DNA from: a virus
Taxonomy: Duplodnaviria > Caudoviricetes
IMG/VR virus record: IMGVR_UViG_3300028840_000318
Span: 1-58,036 of that record
Length of the DNA: 58,036 nt
Reading direction: 5' to 3' (one strand)
A program made the translations under genes and the position numbers. The notes under the pieces were generated by a model. That model saw only the letters and a list, made by a program, of their open reading frames with translations, was not told where the DNA came from and made no database searches. Shown in pieces: positions 16,766 to 26,259 of the stretch; positions within the stretch are counted from its first letter, which is position 1, and each line of letters starts with the position of its first letter.

Positions 16766-16975
16766 TCAACTTTTTTCTGCAACTGTCAGACCGGCAAGCC
16801 AAGCTTGCGGGCAATGTTCTTCAGGGTGTTTCTTTTCATTTTCCCTGCGTTGCGCTGCCTGCCATTCAAAGGTTTCACGGGCCTTGCGCAAGCTAACAAC
16901 ACCCATTTCACGCAAGTGGTTGATTTCTGCCTTGGTCAATTTTTTCATCCAACGGGCTTTGTTTGTTGCTGCCAT
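16766..16975 (-). CDS. Hypothetical protein (3' end possibly frameshifted)
   Basis: AAAAGGAGC RBS. Confidence 0.55.
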   Translation of the reverse strand: MAATNKARWMKKLTKAEINHLREMGVVSLRKARETFEWQAAQRRENEKKHPEEHCPQAWLAGLTVAEKS

Positions 16976-17052
16976 GGTCTTGCTCCTTTTCTATGGCCGT
17001 CAAGCGGCCTGTGGTGGCTCCCCTGGGCATTTCTGCCCAGGGGTGAAGGGTT

Positions 17053-17925
17053 CTATTGGTTCAGGATGAAGTCAGCGGCTTTTTGCGCCCTGGCAGCGGC
17101 CTGAATGACCATCTTGGGTTGGTCTTTCAGCTTCTTTGACCATCCGTGAATGTATGCAGCGCTGTTGTCCAGGGTTTTGTTTTCAATTCCGGCCACGCCA
17201 CACAGAAAACATGCAGTCATTTCAGCGGTCAGTTCTTCATGGCTGTATGACTCTGAACCAAAGGCTGCAAGCGGTTCATCAACCTTGAAGCGGTTCAAGC
17301 GGCTGTGGTGGCCAGTGCTGTGGCCAAGTTCATGGAATAAGGTGCTGTAAAATTCAGCGTTGCCTTCAAAGTCTTCAATCTTGGGGTTTTTCACAATGTC
17401 CTTTGCCGGAATGTAACAGGCAGCGCTTCCACCAAACTGAATGACGGGTGCGTTGGGCATGTTGGCCACAATGGCTTCACAAGCTTCAATCGGTTCCGGC
17501 ACTTCAACTTCTTCCTGGCCGTCAACCTTGGGTTCTTCCAGGCCGTCACACTGTTCAATATTGAAGACCGTGTAATACCGCAAAATGAAGGTCTTTTTGA
17601 TTTCTTTTTCGCCGTCTTCATTTTCAATTTCTTTGTCTTTGATGTTCCAAAAGACCACCTGCGTGCCACATTCACCCTTGCGCACCTGACCGCCCTTGGT
17701 CTTGGCCTGTTTGTAGGTCACCCAATAGGGTGAAGCGTAACCATTTGACAGTGCGGTAATGGTCAACAGAAAAGGGTTGATTCCACGGTAAGGCTTGCCA
17801 CTGACCAAGTTTTTGTGTGCGCCACTGGCTGAATTCCAAGGCTTGTGCCAGGGAATGACGCCCTTTTCCAACTGGTCAATAATCTTGTCAGTAATCATCT
17901 GATAAACTTTGTTTGCCTGTGCCAT
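17053..17925 (-). CDS. ardC: ArdC-family antirestriction/ssDNA-binding protein with zincin-like domain
   Basis: IPWHKPW, YRGIN, WVTYKQA, VRKGE, VFNIEQ, FHELGHSTGH, YSHEELTAE, AAARAQKAADFI. Confidence 0.92.
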   Translation of the reverse strand: MAQANKVYQMITDKIIDQLEKGVIPWHKPWNSASGAHKNLVSGKPYRGINPFLLTITALSNGYASPYWVTYKQAKTKGGQVRKGECGTQVVFWNIKDKEIENEDGEKEIKKTFILRYYTVFNIEQCDGLEEPKVDGQEEVEVPEPIEACEAIVANMPNAPVIQFGGSAACYIPAKDIVKNPKIEDFEGNAEFYSTLFHELGHSTGHHSRLNRFKVDEPLAAFGSESYSHEELTAEMTACFLCGVAGIENKTLDNSAAYIHGWSKKLKDQPKMVIQAAARAQKAADFILNQ

Positions 17926-17980
17926 GTTGTTTGCTCCTTTTCTTGTTTGTTGTGGGCATGTGCCGCCCGTTCATGGTTAT

Positions 17981-18009
17981 AACTTAATACAAGCCACGTG
18001 CCATGTCAA
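17981..18009 (-). promoter_or_regulatory. Cassette sigma70 promoter P6 with embedded sigma54-like motif
   Basis: TTGACA-17 bp-TAAGTT; spacer reads TGGCACGTGGCTTGTA(T). Confidence 0.7.
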
Positions 18010-18095
18010 CACTTTTCTGCAAATTTTTTATTTTCAAGTATAACAACAACTTAACGCTTTTGCCAAAACTGGCCAGCAACAGGCTTGCCGGAATG

Positions 18096-18132
18096 TGACA
18101 AAGTTTGTCAGCAATTGTGACAAAGTTTGTCA
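18096..18132. promoter_or_regulatory. Tandem dyad element 2
   Basis: TGACAAAGTTTGTCA-gcaattg-TGACAAAGTTTGTCA. Confidence 0.7.
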
Positions 18133-18140
18133 CCAAACGC

Positions 18141-18176
18141 AAAAAGGCCACAGGGCGTTGCGTTCCCTGTGGCCTT
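18141..18176 (-). terminator. Rho-independent terminator ending the replication transcript
   Basis: AAGGCCACAGGG-loop-CCCTGTGGCC-TTTTT on the minus strand. Confidence 0.75.
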
Positions 18177-18244
18177 AGTTTGACCGGTTGGTTGCACGTG
18201 CGGGCCACCATTTACCCGCAACCGGTCACTGCTTCAACTGATTT

Positions 18245-18601
18245 TTATTTTTCTTCATCAATGCGCCAGCACCGGACAAAAAAGCCTTTGCCTTCCGTCA
18301 TGGTGCGGGTGGTGAATTTCTTGCCGGAAGCCTTGCCAAAACGGCTTGCAGCGCTTCCGATTGACCGGCCAAGCTTGGTGGCGGCTTCTTTGTTCAGCAC
18401 GCCTTCAAGGGGAGCCCTGAAGCTTTGGCCAACGGCCATGTCACGAAAAGGGTACTTATTCACGGCGGTCTGCCGTGAAGGAATGGCCACGCCGTCTTCA
18501 AGCTTGAATTCAGCGGGTGCGGCTTCCGTGGTCTTGGCCTGGGTGGTGTTCTTGGTCAATGCGCCTTTGCCTGTGGGTGCAGCGGGTTTCTTGGTTGCCA
18601 T
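18245..18601 (-). CDS. Small basic putative DNA-binding protein
   Basis: KYPFRDMAVGQSF...VRCWRI pattern; K/A-rich N-tail. Confidence 0.6.
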   Translation of the reverse strand: MATKKPAAPTGKGALTKNTTQAKTTEAAPAEFKLEDGVAIPSRQTAVNKYPFRDMAVGQSFRAPLEGVLNKEAATKLGRSIGSAASRFGKASGKKFTTRTMTEGKGFFVRCWRIDEEK

Positions 18602-18673
18602 TGTCAATGCTCCTTCTTATAGGGTTACGGGTTAAACAACACAAATGTTGTCCGGCATACACGTCAACATAAT

Positions 18674-19231
18674 TCAGTGGTCAAACCTTGTCAAGCCATT
18701 TCTGACACATTCTTGACATTTGCAAGGGCCTTTCCAACGCCAACGTTCATCAGCGCCCATGACGCACACAAATGGCACGTCAAGGTCAAGCACACTGTCA
18801 TGCGCCCTGTGGCCATTTCTAAGGTTGAAGCGGCCAACACGGTCAACATACCTGCCAAATGACGTGCGCAAGTCAGTGTCAGTCAGGTGAATGTTGTACG
18901 TGTAGTGGCTGAACCACGTTAAAAGCCACACGTCATGCCGTATCAATTCAGTGTCCATATGCGTGAATTGCATGTTGGCTTCAATGTTGGTCTTGCCCTT
19001 CAATTCACCGTGCCTGATTTTTTGGTCAAGGTGCTTTTCCCAAACACCTGCCGCAAAGTCTTCACCCTGGGCCAAGTCTGCGTTGACGTCCGGCAACATG
19101 AAGTTGTGAACATTATGCCCAGGGGTTTCAAGGTCATCACGGGTGAATTGCACAATGCTTCTGAATATCGGGTAAACTTTTTCACCTTCAATCAGTTCTT
19201 CAGGCTTGGGTGTTTCAAGTTCTCTTTTCAA
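18674..19231 (-). CDS. Hypothetical protein
   Basis: 185-aa protein translates from the minus strand; coupled to the upstream gene; C-terminal CKCQEC. Confidence 0.65.
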   Translation of the reverse strand: MKRELETPKPEELIEGEKVYPIFRSIVQFTRDDLETPGHNVHNFMLPDVNADLAQGEDFAAGVWEKHLDQKIRHGELKGKTNIEANMQFTHMDTELIRHDVWLLTWFSHYTYNIHLTDTDLRTSFGRYVDRVGRFNLRNGHRAHDSVLDLDVPFVCVMGADERWRWKGPCKCQECVRNGLTRFDH

Positions 19232-19413
19232 GGTCTGTTCTCCTTTTCTCTTTTTCGTTTTTCAATACCGTACAAGACAAGCGGCCACGCAAGAACGGCC
19301 ACCAAAAAATTCACAAAAGGGCTGTTGCCTGATTGACCAATGCGCACGGCTTCCGATACAGCAAAGGCAGCGCCAAGCCAAAAGGCCAGGGCGTGTGTCA
19401 AGTATTCCATCAA
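19228..19413 (-). CDS. Small membrane protein
   Basis: Two hydrophobic segments; overlaps the primase stop. Confidence 0.6.
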   Translation of the reverse strand: MMEYLTHALAFWLGAAFAVSEAVRIGQSGNSPFVNFLVAVLAWPLVLYGIEKRKREKENRP

Positions 19414-21818
19414 AAGGGCCTTTCACTTGTGTTGGTCAATTTGCCTTCTTCAGCGGCCACGGGTTGCCAATCATACGGGCCACCGTATTGGTCATCAAAA
19501 TACTGACGGCACTTGGCCAGGGAAGGAAACAGGTGGCACCATCGGCGGGCGTGCGTGACCTTAACACCACCATATTGCGGGTCTTCCCAACGTTCTTCAA
19601 CTGTGCGTTGCTTCTTTTCAAGGCCAGGGCATACCTTCTTCAAAAACATGCCAAGCATGGTTTCATTGGCACGCCTGTTGTTGCCTGTTGCCTGTTGCGT
19701 TGAAATGAAGTCTTGATAAATGTCTTTTGACTTCATCCATTCTGACCATGGCTTGTCTTCTATTACATAACCTTGTTGAAGGCATTTATACCACCAAGCC
19801 ACGTCAGGTGCAAAGCTTAACTTCTTTTGGTCTTGCAGTGCTTCCGTTGCTGGTGCCTTGCGCACGTTGAAGTCTTGCAGGTCAACATTCAACAGCATGT
19901 GCAACAATGCTTCACGCCCGCCATTTTTGTGCATGAAGGCGTGCAGCTTTGCAAAATATGCGTTGTCCTGACGCCGCTTGTCAGACACGTCAAGCACAAA
20001 AAAGCGCCGTTCATCCGTTCCGGCAGGCACCACCCAATCACTATTTGAAGCCAACAAAATGTGCGTATAGTTTGGCCCTGGTTCAGCGTCAACGCCCTTG
20101 GCTTCAAAAGTTATTAGTTCTTCAGTGATTAACATTTTTAAAACGCTTTCATGCTTCTTGTCACCTGCAAAAAATGCTTCATCACCAAACAACACCACAC
20201 AGTCACGCAAGTGCGCATTGAATGAGCCCACCAAGTGCTTGGGGTCACTGACGGCCAAGTAATGTCTGCCCCACAGTGAACCAAACATTTTCACCATGAA
20301 GCTTTTGCCCGTGCCACGCTTGCCACGCATCACAACGGCTGTTTCACCTGGGCAATCAGGCTTTTGCACGGCCCTGGCCATCCATTTTATCAAATAGTCA
20401 TAATATTCAGCATTACCGCAACAGATGTTTTCAAGTACATGGTCAAGGAAGGGCTGACAGTCACCGGCAATGGCTTCACAGTTGAAGCCTTTCCAAAGGT
20501 TGTATGCGTCAGTCAGTTCTTGCCCAGGTGCAAAGGCAATGGTTTCAAATTGACGCCGTTGCGGGTGTTCCAACCACCACTTGCCCAGGGGTTTCATTAC
20601 TGGTGCGCCGTCTTTGTTCTTGCCAACTTCAACCTTGGTGTTCATGTATCGGTTGCGGAAGTTCTCAAAAGATTGACGTGAAAGCCTTGGCCTTTTTAAC
20701 GCGTGGTCAAACACTTCTGACACTGTAAGGCATTTTCCACCAAGGTCACTTATGACGGCATGGCGTTTGTTCAGTTCCATCAGCTTGGGGTCAACGGCAT
20801 TTTCTTTGGCCTGTTCAATCTGCCTTAGTGCGTAACGTTCTGCCGTCCGGCCCTTTTCAAGCACGCTTTCACTGATTGCAAAGTCAGGGTCAGTAATAAC
20901 TGAATATATTACCTTGTCAGGCACTTCACGGCGGGCCAATTCACAGCACACGGCAAAAAGCGCTTCACTTCTTGACGGGTACTTGTGCGGGTCATTTGGG
21001 TCTTGGCCAGTTACAATGACGGCCTTGCACCAATCCGGCACGGGTCCGGCCTTGGCGTGCTTGTCAAGTTCCTTGTCTGCATCATCCAGCCTGGGAAGTT
21101 CTCCACTGACGTCAACGGTGTTGCCCGTGAAGCCTGTGTCATCTTTTGTTTGAATCAGGGGTGCGGGCGTGAATGACTTCAGCGGGTAAACGTTGTCAGG
21201 GTTGAATTCAACAAGCTTGGCCAATTGCTTCTTTTGGCCTTTTTTGATCTTCTTTGCATTGGGAAGGTTAAGCGTTCCAGGCAACCGCATAATGCGGTCA
21301 ATGTTGTGGCATTGGTCAGCGCCAAAATTCAATTCAAGCTGTATATTATAGCGCTTTGCATCTTCTGCTTTGCTCAAGTCACCGTGAATTGGAATTGCTT
21401 CTTGAAGCTTCCAAAAACCCTGATAACCACCACCACTGAAAACAATGACTGTTGGTGGTGGTATGTCATTTGGTGGCGCTTTCAACAGCTTCAGCGCACG
21501 CGCCTGTTCTTCTTGAAAGTCTTCACCTGCACGCGGGTCAATGTCAATGTGCAGCCAAGCCACTTCACGCACGTCTTCACGTTCAGCCTTGCGCTTCATG
21601 TCCTTGATGCAAGGGTTGACATGAAAATAAATGTTGCGCGTGCCGTTGTGGGTTTGAAGCCACTTTTGAAGTTCTCCTTTGGCTTCTTCCCTGAAGGTCT
21701 TGGTTTCTATCTTGCGCCGGTCCAATGTGATTGCTGTTAACACCCACGGGCCACCGGCTTGCCACTTCTGCAAAAAGTCATATGCTGCTTTGTTGTCCGG
21801 CTTTGGTTTGGTTGCCAT
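19410..21818 (-). CDS. Primase-helicase (RepB/AEP-like primase plus D5/SF3-like P-loop)
   Basis: HIDID, SGGGYQGFW, RIMRLPGTLN; GKRGTGKS Walker A, FGDE Walker B, ERRF. Confidence 0.88.
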   Translation of the reverse strand: MATKPKPDNKAAYDFLQKWQAGGPWVLTAITLDRRKIETKTFREEAKGELQKWLQTHNGTRNIYFHVNPCIKDMKRKAEREDVREVAWLHIDIDPRAGEDFQEEQARALKLLKAPPNDIPPPTVIVFSGGGYQGFWKLQEAIPIHGDLSKAEDAKRYNIQLELNFGADQCHNIDRIMRLPGTLNLPNAKKIKKGQKKQLAKLVEFNPDNVYPLKSFTPAPLIQTKDDTGFTGNTVDVSGELPRLDDADKELDKHAKAGPVPDWCKAVIVTGQDPNDPHKYPSRSEALFAVCCELARREVPDKVIYSVITDPDFAISESVLEKGRTAERYALRQIEQAKENAVDPKLMELNKRHAVISDLGGKCLTVSEVFDHALKRPRLSRQSFENFRNRYMNTKVEVGKNKDGAPVMKPLGKWWLEHPQRRQFETIAFAPGQELTDAYNLWKGFNCEAIAGDCQPFLDHVLENICCGNAEYYDYLIKWMARAVQKPDCPGETAVVMRGKRGTGKSFMVKMFGSLWGRHYLAVSDPKHLVGSFNAHLRDCVVLFGDEAFFAGDKKHESVLKMLITEELITFEAKGVDAEPGPNYTHILLASNSDWVVPAGTDERRFFVLDVSDKRRQDNAYFAKLHAFMHKNGGREALLHMLLNVDLQDFNVRKAPATEALQDQKKLSFAPDVAWWYKCLQQGYVIEDKPWSEWMKSKDIYQDFISTQQATGNNRRANETMLGMFLKKVCPGLEKKQRTVEERWEDPQYGGVKVTHARRWCHLFPSLAKCRQYFDDQYGGPYDWQPVAAEEGKLTNTSERPF

Positions 21819-22194
21819 ATGTATCCAATCCCCAATAGTTCAACAAACGTTCAATGCGCAATTTCCCATGTTCCATCATGGCAATGACCGGCTTCTTGAC
21901 GCCAAGGTCACGGCCAACCTGCCACTGCTTCTTGCCTGCCCGCTTGCGCATAATCACGCAAACTTCACACGGCTTCAACGGCCTGCCACCCAGGTGAATG
22001 GTTGGCGGCTTGTCATGCTTTGCAAACTGGCCACGGGTCCAACACCTATACTTGGCATATGAAAGGCCAAGGTGTTCTGCCATTTGCATCTGCGTCAGAC
22101 CAAGACGCCGCCGCTTGACAAACATTTTTTCAGTATATGTCAAATGTCTTGGAAACACTTCAACAGTTCCAGTTTTGAAGGTTTGGTTGGCCAA
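21778..22194 (-). CDS. Cro/C1-type double HTH protein
   Basis: RRRLGLTQMQMAEHLGLS and RKRAGKKQWQVGRDLGV..IAMMEHG; start uncertain. Confidence 0.7.
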   Translation of the reverse strand: MANQTFKTGTVEVFPRHLTYTEKMFVKRRRLGLTQMQMAEHLGLSYAKYRCWTRGQFAKHDKPPTIHLGGRPLKPCEVCVIMRKRAGKKQWQVGRDLGVKKPVIAMMEHGKLRIERLLNYWGLDTYGNQTKAGQQSSI

Positions 22195-22547
22195 TAGACA
22201 AGGGCGTTGTCAACCAATTCTTGATACAGCACACGGCCAACCTTCTGTGCTGCAAACCGGCCACCAAACAAAAACCATTCATTGCCAACCTGCAAAAGAA
22301 GAAAAACTTTGCCACCCTTCAGGTGGCGCTTCAATATCCATGCACGCTGTTGCTTGGTGTAATGTTGTATTTTAACTTTTGTACAGTGCAATTTTTTTGG
22401 CAATGTGTCAAGGCTTTTTAATTCAATCCACCCTTCAATGTAATTCACGTCAGGCGTGCCAGGGTAAACAGGGTTTTCAACCGCAATGGCGTCAAGCGGC
22501 TTCAGGGCGTCAATCACAAAGCGCCGTTGGTGTTTTTCACGGGCCAT
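22140..22547 (-). CDS. PD-(D/E)xK nuclease (VRR-NUC/resolvase-like)
   Basis: VEN..PGTPDV...WIELK...QQRAW. Confidence 0.8.
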   Translation of the reverse strand: MAREKHQRRFVIDALKPLDAIAVENPVYPGTPDVNYIEGWIELKSLDTLPKKLHCTKVKIQHYTKQQRAWILKRHLKGGKVFLLLQVGNEWFLFGGRFAAQKVGRVLYQELVDNALVYWPTKPSKLELLKCFQDI

Positions 22548-22551
22548 TTCA

Positions 22552-22710
22552 TCAACCCCAAGCGCCCAAGAAAAGAGTGACAAACCATTCAACCACATGG
22601 AAGCCAAAGCCAAAGGCAGCGCCAATCAACACGTATTTGAACAGGTCTTGAAAGGTATATGCTGCGTTGTCACCAATGCGTTTCACTGCTTCAAGTTTTC
22701 TGTTTGCCAT
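22552..22710 (-). CDS. Small membrane protein
   Basis: AGGAG RBS; hydrophobic C-terminal half. Confidence 0.5.
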   Translation of the reverse strand: MANRKLEAVKRIGDNAAYTFQDLFKYVLIGAAFGFGFHVVEWFVTLFLGAWG

Positions 22711-22982
22711 TTTGGCACGCTCCTTTTGTTTCTTCCGCACAGTTTGCACCATTTGCAAACGTCACGGCGGTTTTTCAATTTGCGTTCAAAGTTCCGGTCA
22801 GCGCCTTTGAAAACATGCGCAACTTCTATTTTGCAGCCTGCCGCAACAGCGGCCTTGACCAACGGGTTGCCATTGCCGTTGCAGTGCGTGGCAAGGCGTG
22901 TGCTGACTTCTTTTTCACAGAAGCCAATGTAATGGCGTGCGTGCTTGTATGGCGGGTCAAAGTGCAACACATACACTGTCAT
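22683..22982 (-). CDS. GIY-YIG nuclease-like protein
   Basis: VYVLH..HYIGF..RLATH..G..FERKLK. Confidence 0.75.
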   Translation of the reverse strand: MTVYVLHFDPPYKHARHYIGFCEKEVSTRLATHCNGNGNPLVKAAVAAGCKIEVAHVFKGADRNFERKLKNRRDVCKWCKLCGRNKRSVPKWQTENLKQ

Positions 22983-22997
22983 GGTCTTTTTCTCCTT

Positions 22998-24914
22998 TTA
23001 TGCAGCTTCACCCCAACTTGGCCCAACTTCAACGTCAACTTTTGAAGGCACTGAAAGCTTGTATGCTTCACACATAATGCGGCCAATTTCTTCTGCCTGG
23101 GCTTTGCTTTCAGCGGTTCCGTCAATTTCATCATGCACCTGAAGTTGCATATAGTGGCCCGCTTTGTCCACGTCCACCAAGGCACGCTTGGTTTGGTCAC
23201 CGGCACTGCCCTGAATTAACCGGTTCAGTGCCTTGTATGTCCAATCATAACGGCCCTTGGCATCTTCAGGGAAGCGGCAGCGCCGCCCGCTTAACGTGAT
23301 AATATAACCGCGCCGCAAGGCGGCTTTTTCAGCCTTCTTGGCAACGTCTTTGATATAAGGCGCATGAGCATTGAACGTGTCAAGAATGGCCTGGGCTTCA
23401 TCACCTGCAATTTCAATCATGTTGCCAAACCGGTTTTCAACCCAGGCGGTTGGAAGGCCCAGGGAAGCGGCAAGCTTTGCGCCGCCCATACCATAACACA
23501 GGCCAAGAAATATCTGCTTGGCGTCTTTGCGCTTCAGGCCGGTCAGTTCAGCCATGAAGTCATGGTTGTCTGTGTTGGGGTCATCAATGTACTTTTGCAC
23601 GGCCTTGCCCGCTGCCCTGCATCCGGCCATGTATGCAAAATGGGTGGTCAATCGTGGTTCTTGCTGTGAATAGTCATCTGCATACCAAATGCCGCCTTCA
23701 TCCGGCACGTAAATTTTGCGCCACATTGGGCCAAGTTCTTCATCACGGCTTGGTTGTTGTTGCAGGTTGGGTTTTTCGGAAGACAAGCGGCCAAAGGCAG
23801 CGCCCTTGATACCATTGCGGTCTTCATTGCGTAACTGATTAAAGTGGCAGTGTATGCGGCCATTCACAAGGTGTTCACGTATGGAATGGGCAAAGGTGGT
23901 GCGCACCTTGTTGACGGTCCTGGCACGCAATATGCAATCAGCAACTTTGTGGTTCACCTTCTTCAGCACAAATTTGTCAATGTTGGGCGTGCCGTTCTTG
24001 TTGATTGCAGGCTTGAAGCCAATTGCTTTCAGGGCAGGTGCAACAGCGGCACCCTTCCAAACGTTGCCAACACCAATGTCAACGCCTGTGCGTTCCTTGA
24101 CTATTTTTAACGCTTTGACTTCTTCCGCATATGTGTGCTTTTCAACAAGTTCAAGTTGCTTCAGGTCAACCCTGACGCCACGGCGCTTCATCTTCAGAAG
24201 CACGGGCATGACGTCACTTTCAAGGTCATACACTTCCCACAGGTCTTGGTCATCAATTATGCGTTCCTGACGCCGCAACAACTGCAATGGCAAGCGCACG
24301 TCACCTTCACCATACGCGCCAACGTAACGCGCCGGAAGCTTCCACAGGTCTGCTTTTGGGTCAATGTTGAAATCACGGGCAGCTTCACGCAAAAGCGTTT
24401 CATCTTTTGGTGGCAGTTGGTGCCTTTTCAGCACAGCGTTCAGGCTGTAACGGTGTTGCAGTTCATCAATAAGCGGTTCAGCAATTAGCACGTCACGGAA
24501 GCGCTTGACCTTGGGAAAAGTCAAACCGGCTTCCATCATGTAATCAAGGTCATATTGCAGATTGGCACCCACAATTTCACCGTCAAAGTCATTCAAGCGG
24601 TCTTGCAGGTAATTCAGCACGTGGCCACGGTCAAGGTTGTCACCACCTTCATGGGCAAAAGGCATGTAGTGGCTTGGCCCGTCTTCTATGCCAAAAGAAA
24701 TGCCGCACATGAAGCCGTCACGGCGCACGGCAGGGCCAAGGCCACCACGCTTCAACCCTGGGTCACAGCCTTCAATGTCCAGGGCCACACGTTTGGCGTT
24801 TGTCCACATGGGCAGCTTGTCAACTGGCGTTGGCTTCCAACTGCTTTTTGGCTTCCAACTGCTTTTTGGCGTGAACATTGGCATTTGTCCAGGCAAGGGC
24901 TTCCGGTATGCCAT
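22998..24914 (-). CDS. polA: DNA polymerase family A with 3'-5' exonuclease
   Basis: DIE exo I, NLQYD, GRLSS..PNLQQ, DYSQQEPR, KQIFLGLCYG, IQGSAGD, QVHDE. Confidence 0.95.
   Translation of the reverse strand: MAYRKPLPGQMPMFTPKSSWKPKSSWKPTPVDKLPMWTNAKRVALDIEGCDPGLKRGGLGPAVRRDGFMCGISFGIEDGPSHYMPFAHEGGDNLDRGHVLNYLQDRLNDFDGEIVGANLQYDLDYMMEAGLTFPKVKRFRDVLIAEPLIDELQHRYSLNAVLKRHQLPPKDETLLREAARDFNIDPKADLWKLPARYVGAYGEGDVRLPLQLLRRQERIIDDQDLWEVYDLESDVMPVLLKMKRRGVRVDLKQLELVEKHTYAEEVKALKIVKERTGVDIGVGNVWKGAAVAPALKAIGFKPAINKNGTPNIDKFVLKKVNHKVADCILRARTVNKVRTTFAHSIREHLVNGRIHCHFNQLRNEDRNGIKGAAFGRLSSEKPNLQQQPSRDEELGPMWRKIYVPDEGGIWYADDYSQQEPRLTTHFAYMAGCRAAGKAVQKYIDDPNTDNHDFMAELTGLKRKDAKQIFLGLCYGMGGAKLAASLGLPTAWVENRFGNMIEIAGDEAQAILDTFNAHAPYIKDVAKKAEKAALRRGYIITLSGRRCRFPEDAKGRYDWTYKALNRLIQGSAGDQTKRALVDVDKAGHYMQLQVHDEIDGTAESKAQAEEIGRIMCEAYKLSVPSKVDVEVGPSWGEAA
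24830..24870. repeat. In-frame 18-bp tandem duplication (PKSSWK x2) in the PolA N-terminus
   Basis: TTGGCTTCCAACTGCTTT twice. Confidence 0.85.
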
Positions 24915-24915
24915 A

Positions 24916-26145
24916 TCAATACCCCTTCACAATTGTGACTTTTTCCGCTGCCCGTGTCACGGCAGTGTACAGCCAGTTGGTGCGGTTGGCTTTGAAAGCT
25001 GCACTTTCATCAAATATCAAGACGTCATCCCATTGACTGCCCTGGGCTTTGTGACACGTCAGTGCATAACCATAGTCAAATTCATCTGCAAGCTTCCTAT
25101 CCCACCACGGCATTTTCAGGTCTTTGCCTTCAAAAATGCTTCTGTGCGCCATGGTTTCAATGCCGTTGCTCTTTGCTTCCACTGTGTCAGGCAGCACGGT
25201 CAATTCAACGTAACTGTCATCATGGTAACCAACGTCAGCAACGCGCCACAAACTGCCGTTCAAAAAACCTTCATCATAGTTGTTGCGCAAGCACACAAGC
25301 TTGTCATTGACCACCGGCAGCGGGTCAGTATTGCCGCCAAGTTCTCTTATTCGATTATTGCAGGCACGGCGGGTGTTGTTACGACCAACAAGAATTTGGT
25401 CAACCTGGGTGGCCATGTCTTGCTGAATTTCAGCACGCTGAATGACTGCACTGTCACCATACTTGCCATATTGCAGCTTGTTGCCTTTGCGTATATCTGT
25501 GGCAATTCTTATGATTGGATTGTCAGCGGCCTGCCTGTGGATTTCTGAAAGCATCATGTGCGGTTTGCCCAGGGTGAAAAAGCCACCGTCACCAACCGGC
25601 GGCAGTTGGGCAGGGTCACCAAGCACCAAAATGGGCGTGCCAAAGTCAAGAAGGTCTTGGCCCATTTGCTTGCCCACCATTGAACACTCGTCTATTATCA
25701 CAAGGTCAGCGCTTTTGACCACACTGTCATGGTTGACGCGGAAGAACGGCTTTGAAAGTTCAAGTTCTTCTTTGTCAATGTCACGCTTCAGCTTCAGCAC
25801 TTCCTTGCTGCCTGCAAGGTCATCACCCTGGCGTTGCAGTTGGTCAACAACTTCAGCCAGGGCTTGCTTCAATTCAAGAAGTTTTTCTTTGCTTTTGTCA
25901 GCGGTATGGTAACACAAGGAATGGATGGTTGAAGCGCCAATGCAGCCCTTTTGCTGAAGAACATATGCGGCCTTGCCAGTGTATGCGGCAAAGATAACAT
26001 TGCCACCAACGTCTTCTGCAATTGTCTTGGCCAGGGTGGTCTTGCCGGTTCCGGCATATCCAAAAAGCTTGTACAGGGGTTCACGGGCTCCAAACCATTT
26101 TTTGATTGACTGCAAGGCTTGGTCTTGTTGCGGGCTCCACTTCAT
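24916..26145 (-). CDS. RecD/Dda-like SF1B helicase
   Basis: GYAGTGKT, DECSM, GDPAQLPPV, HRQA, YALTCHKAQGSQW, YTAVTRA. Confidence 0.93.
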   Translation of the reverse strand: MKWSPQQDQALQSIKKWFGAREPLYKLFGYAGTGKTTLAKTIAEDVGGNVIFAAYTGKAAYVLQQKGCIGASTIHSLCYHTADKSKEKLLELKQALAEVVDQLQRQGDDLAGSKEVLKLKRDIDKEELELSKPFFRVNHDSVVKSADLVIIDECSMVGKQMGQDLLDFGTPILVLGDPAQLPPVGDGGFFTLGKPHMMLSEIHRQAADNPIIRIATDIRKGNKLQYGKYGDSAVIQRAEIQQDMATQVDQILVGRNNTRRACNNRIRELGGNTDPLPVVNDKLVCLRNNYDEGFLNGSLWRVADVGYHDDSYVELTVLPDTVEAKSNGIETMAHRSIFEGKDLKMPWWDRKLADEFDYGYALTCHKAQGSQWDDVLIFDESAAFKANRTNWLYTAVTRAAEKVTIVKGY

Positions 26146-26259
26146 TGGTGTTGCTCCTTTTCTAATAGGTTGAAAGCTGCCACGGGAAGCATTGCCGTGC
26201 TTCCCGTGGTCTTATGCGGGCCTGTATGGCCTTGGCATGGTCAATGCCATGTCAAGCTA

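Noticed and set aside
4227-18009. Repeats as a CRISPR array or integron attC array
   Set aside because: Spacing is irregular and gene-sized, and no cas or integron integrase gene is present
10932-18132. Inverted TGACA...TGTCA elements as Tn7/CAST-like transposon ends
   Set aside because: No transposase or recombinase seen, no target-site duplication noticed, and gene orientation is unchanged across both boundaries
19410-21818. Integrase or lysogeny module
   Set aside because: The motifs are primase plus P-loop helicase; no tyrosine or serine recombinase signature seen anywhere
22683-22982. GIY-YIG gene as a homing endonuclease or intron
   Set aside because: Only 99 aa, no DNA-binding extension, and the flanking genes are uninterrupted
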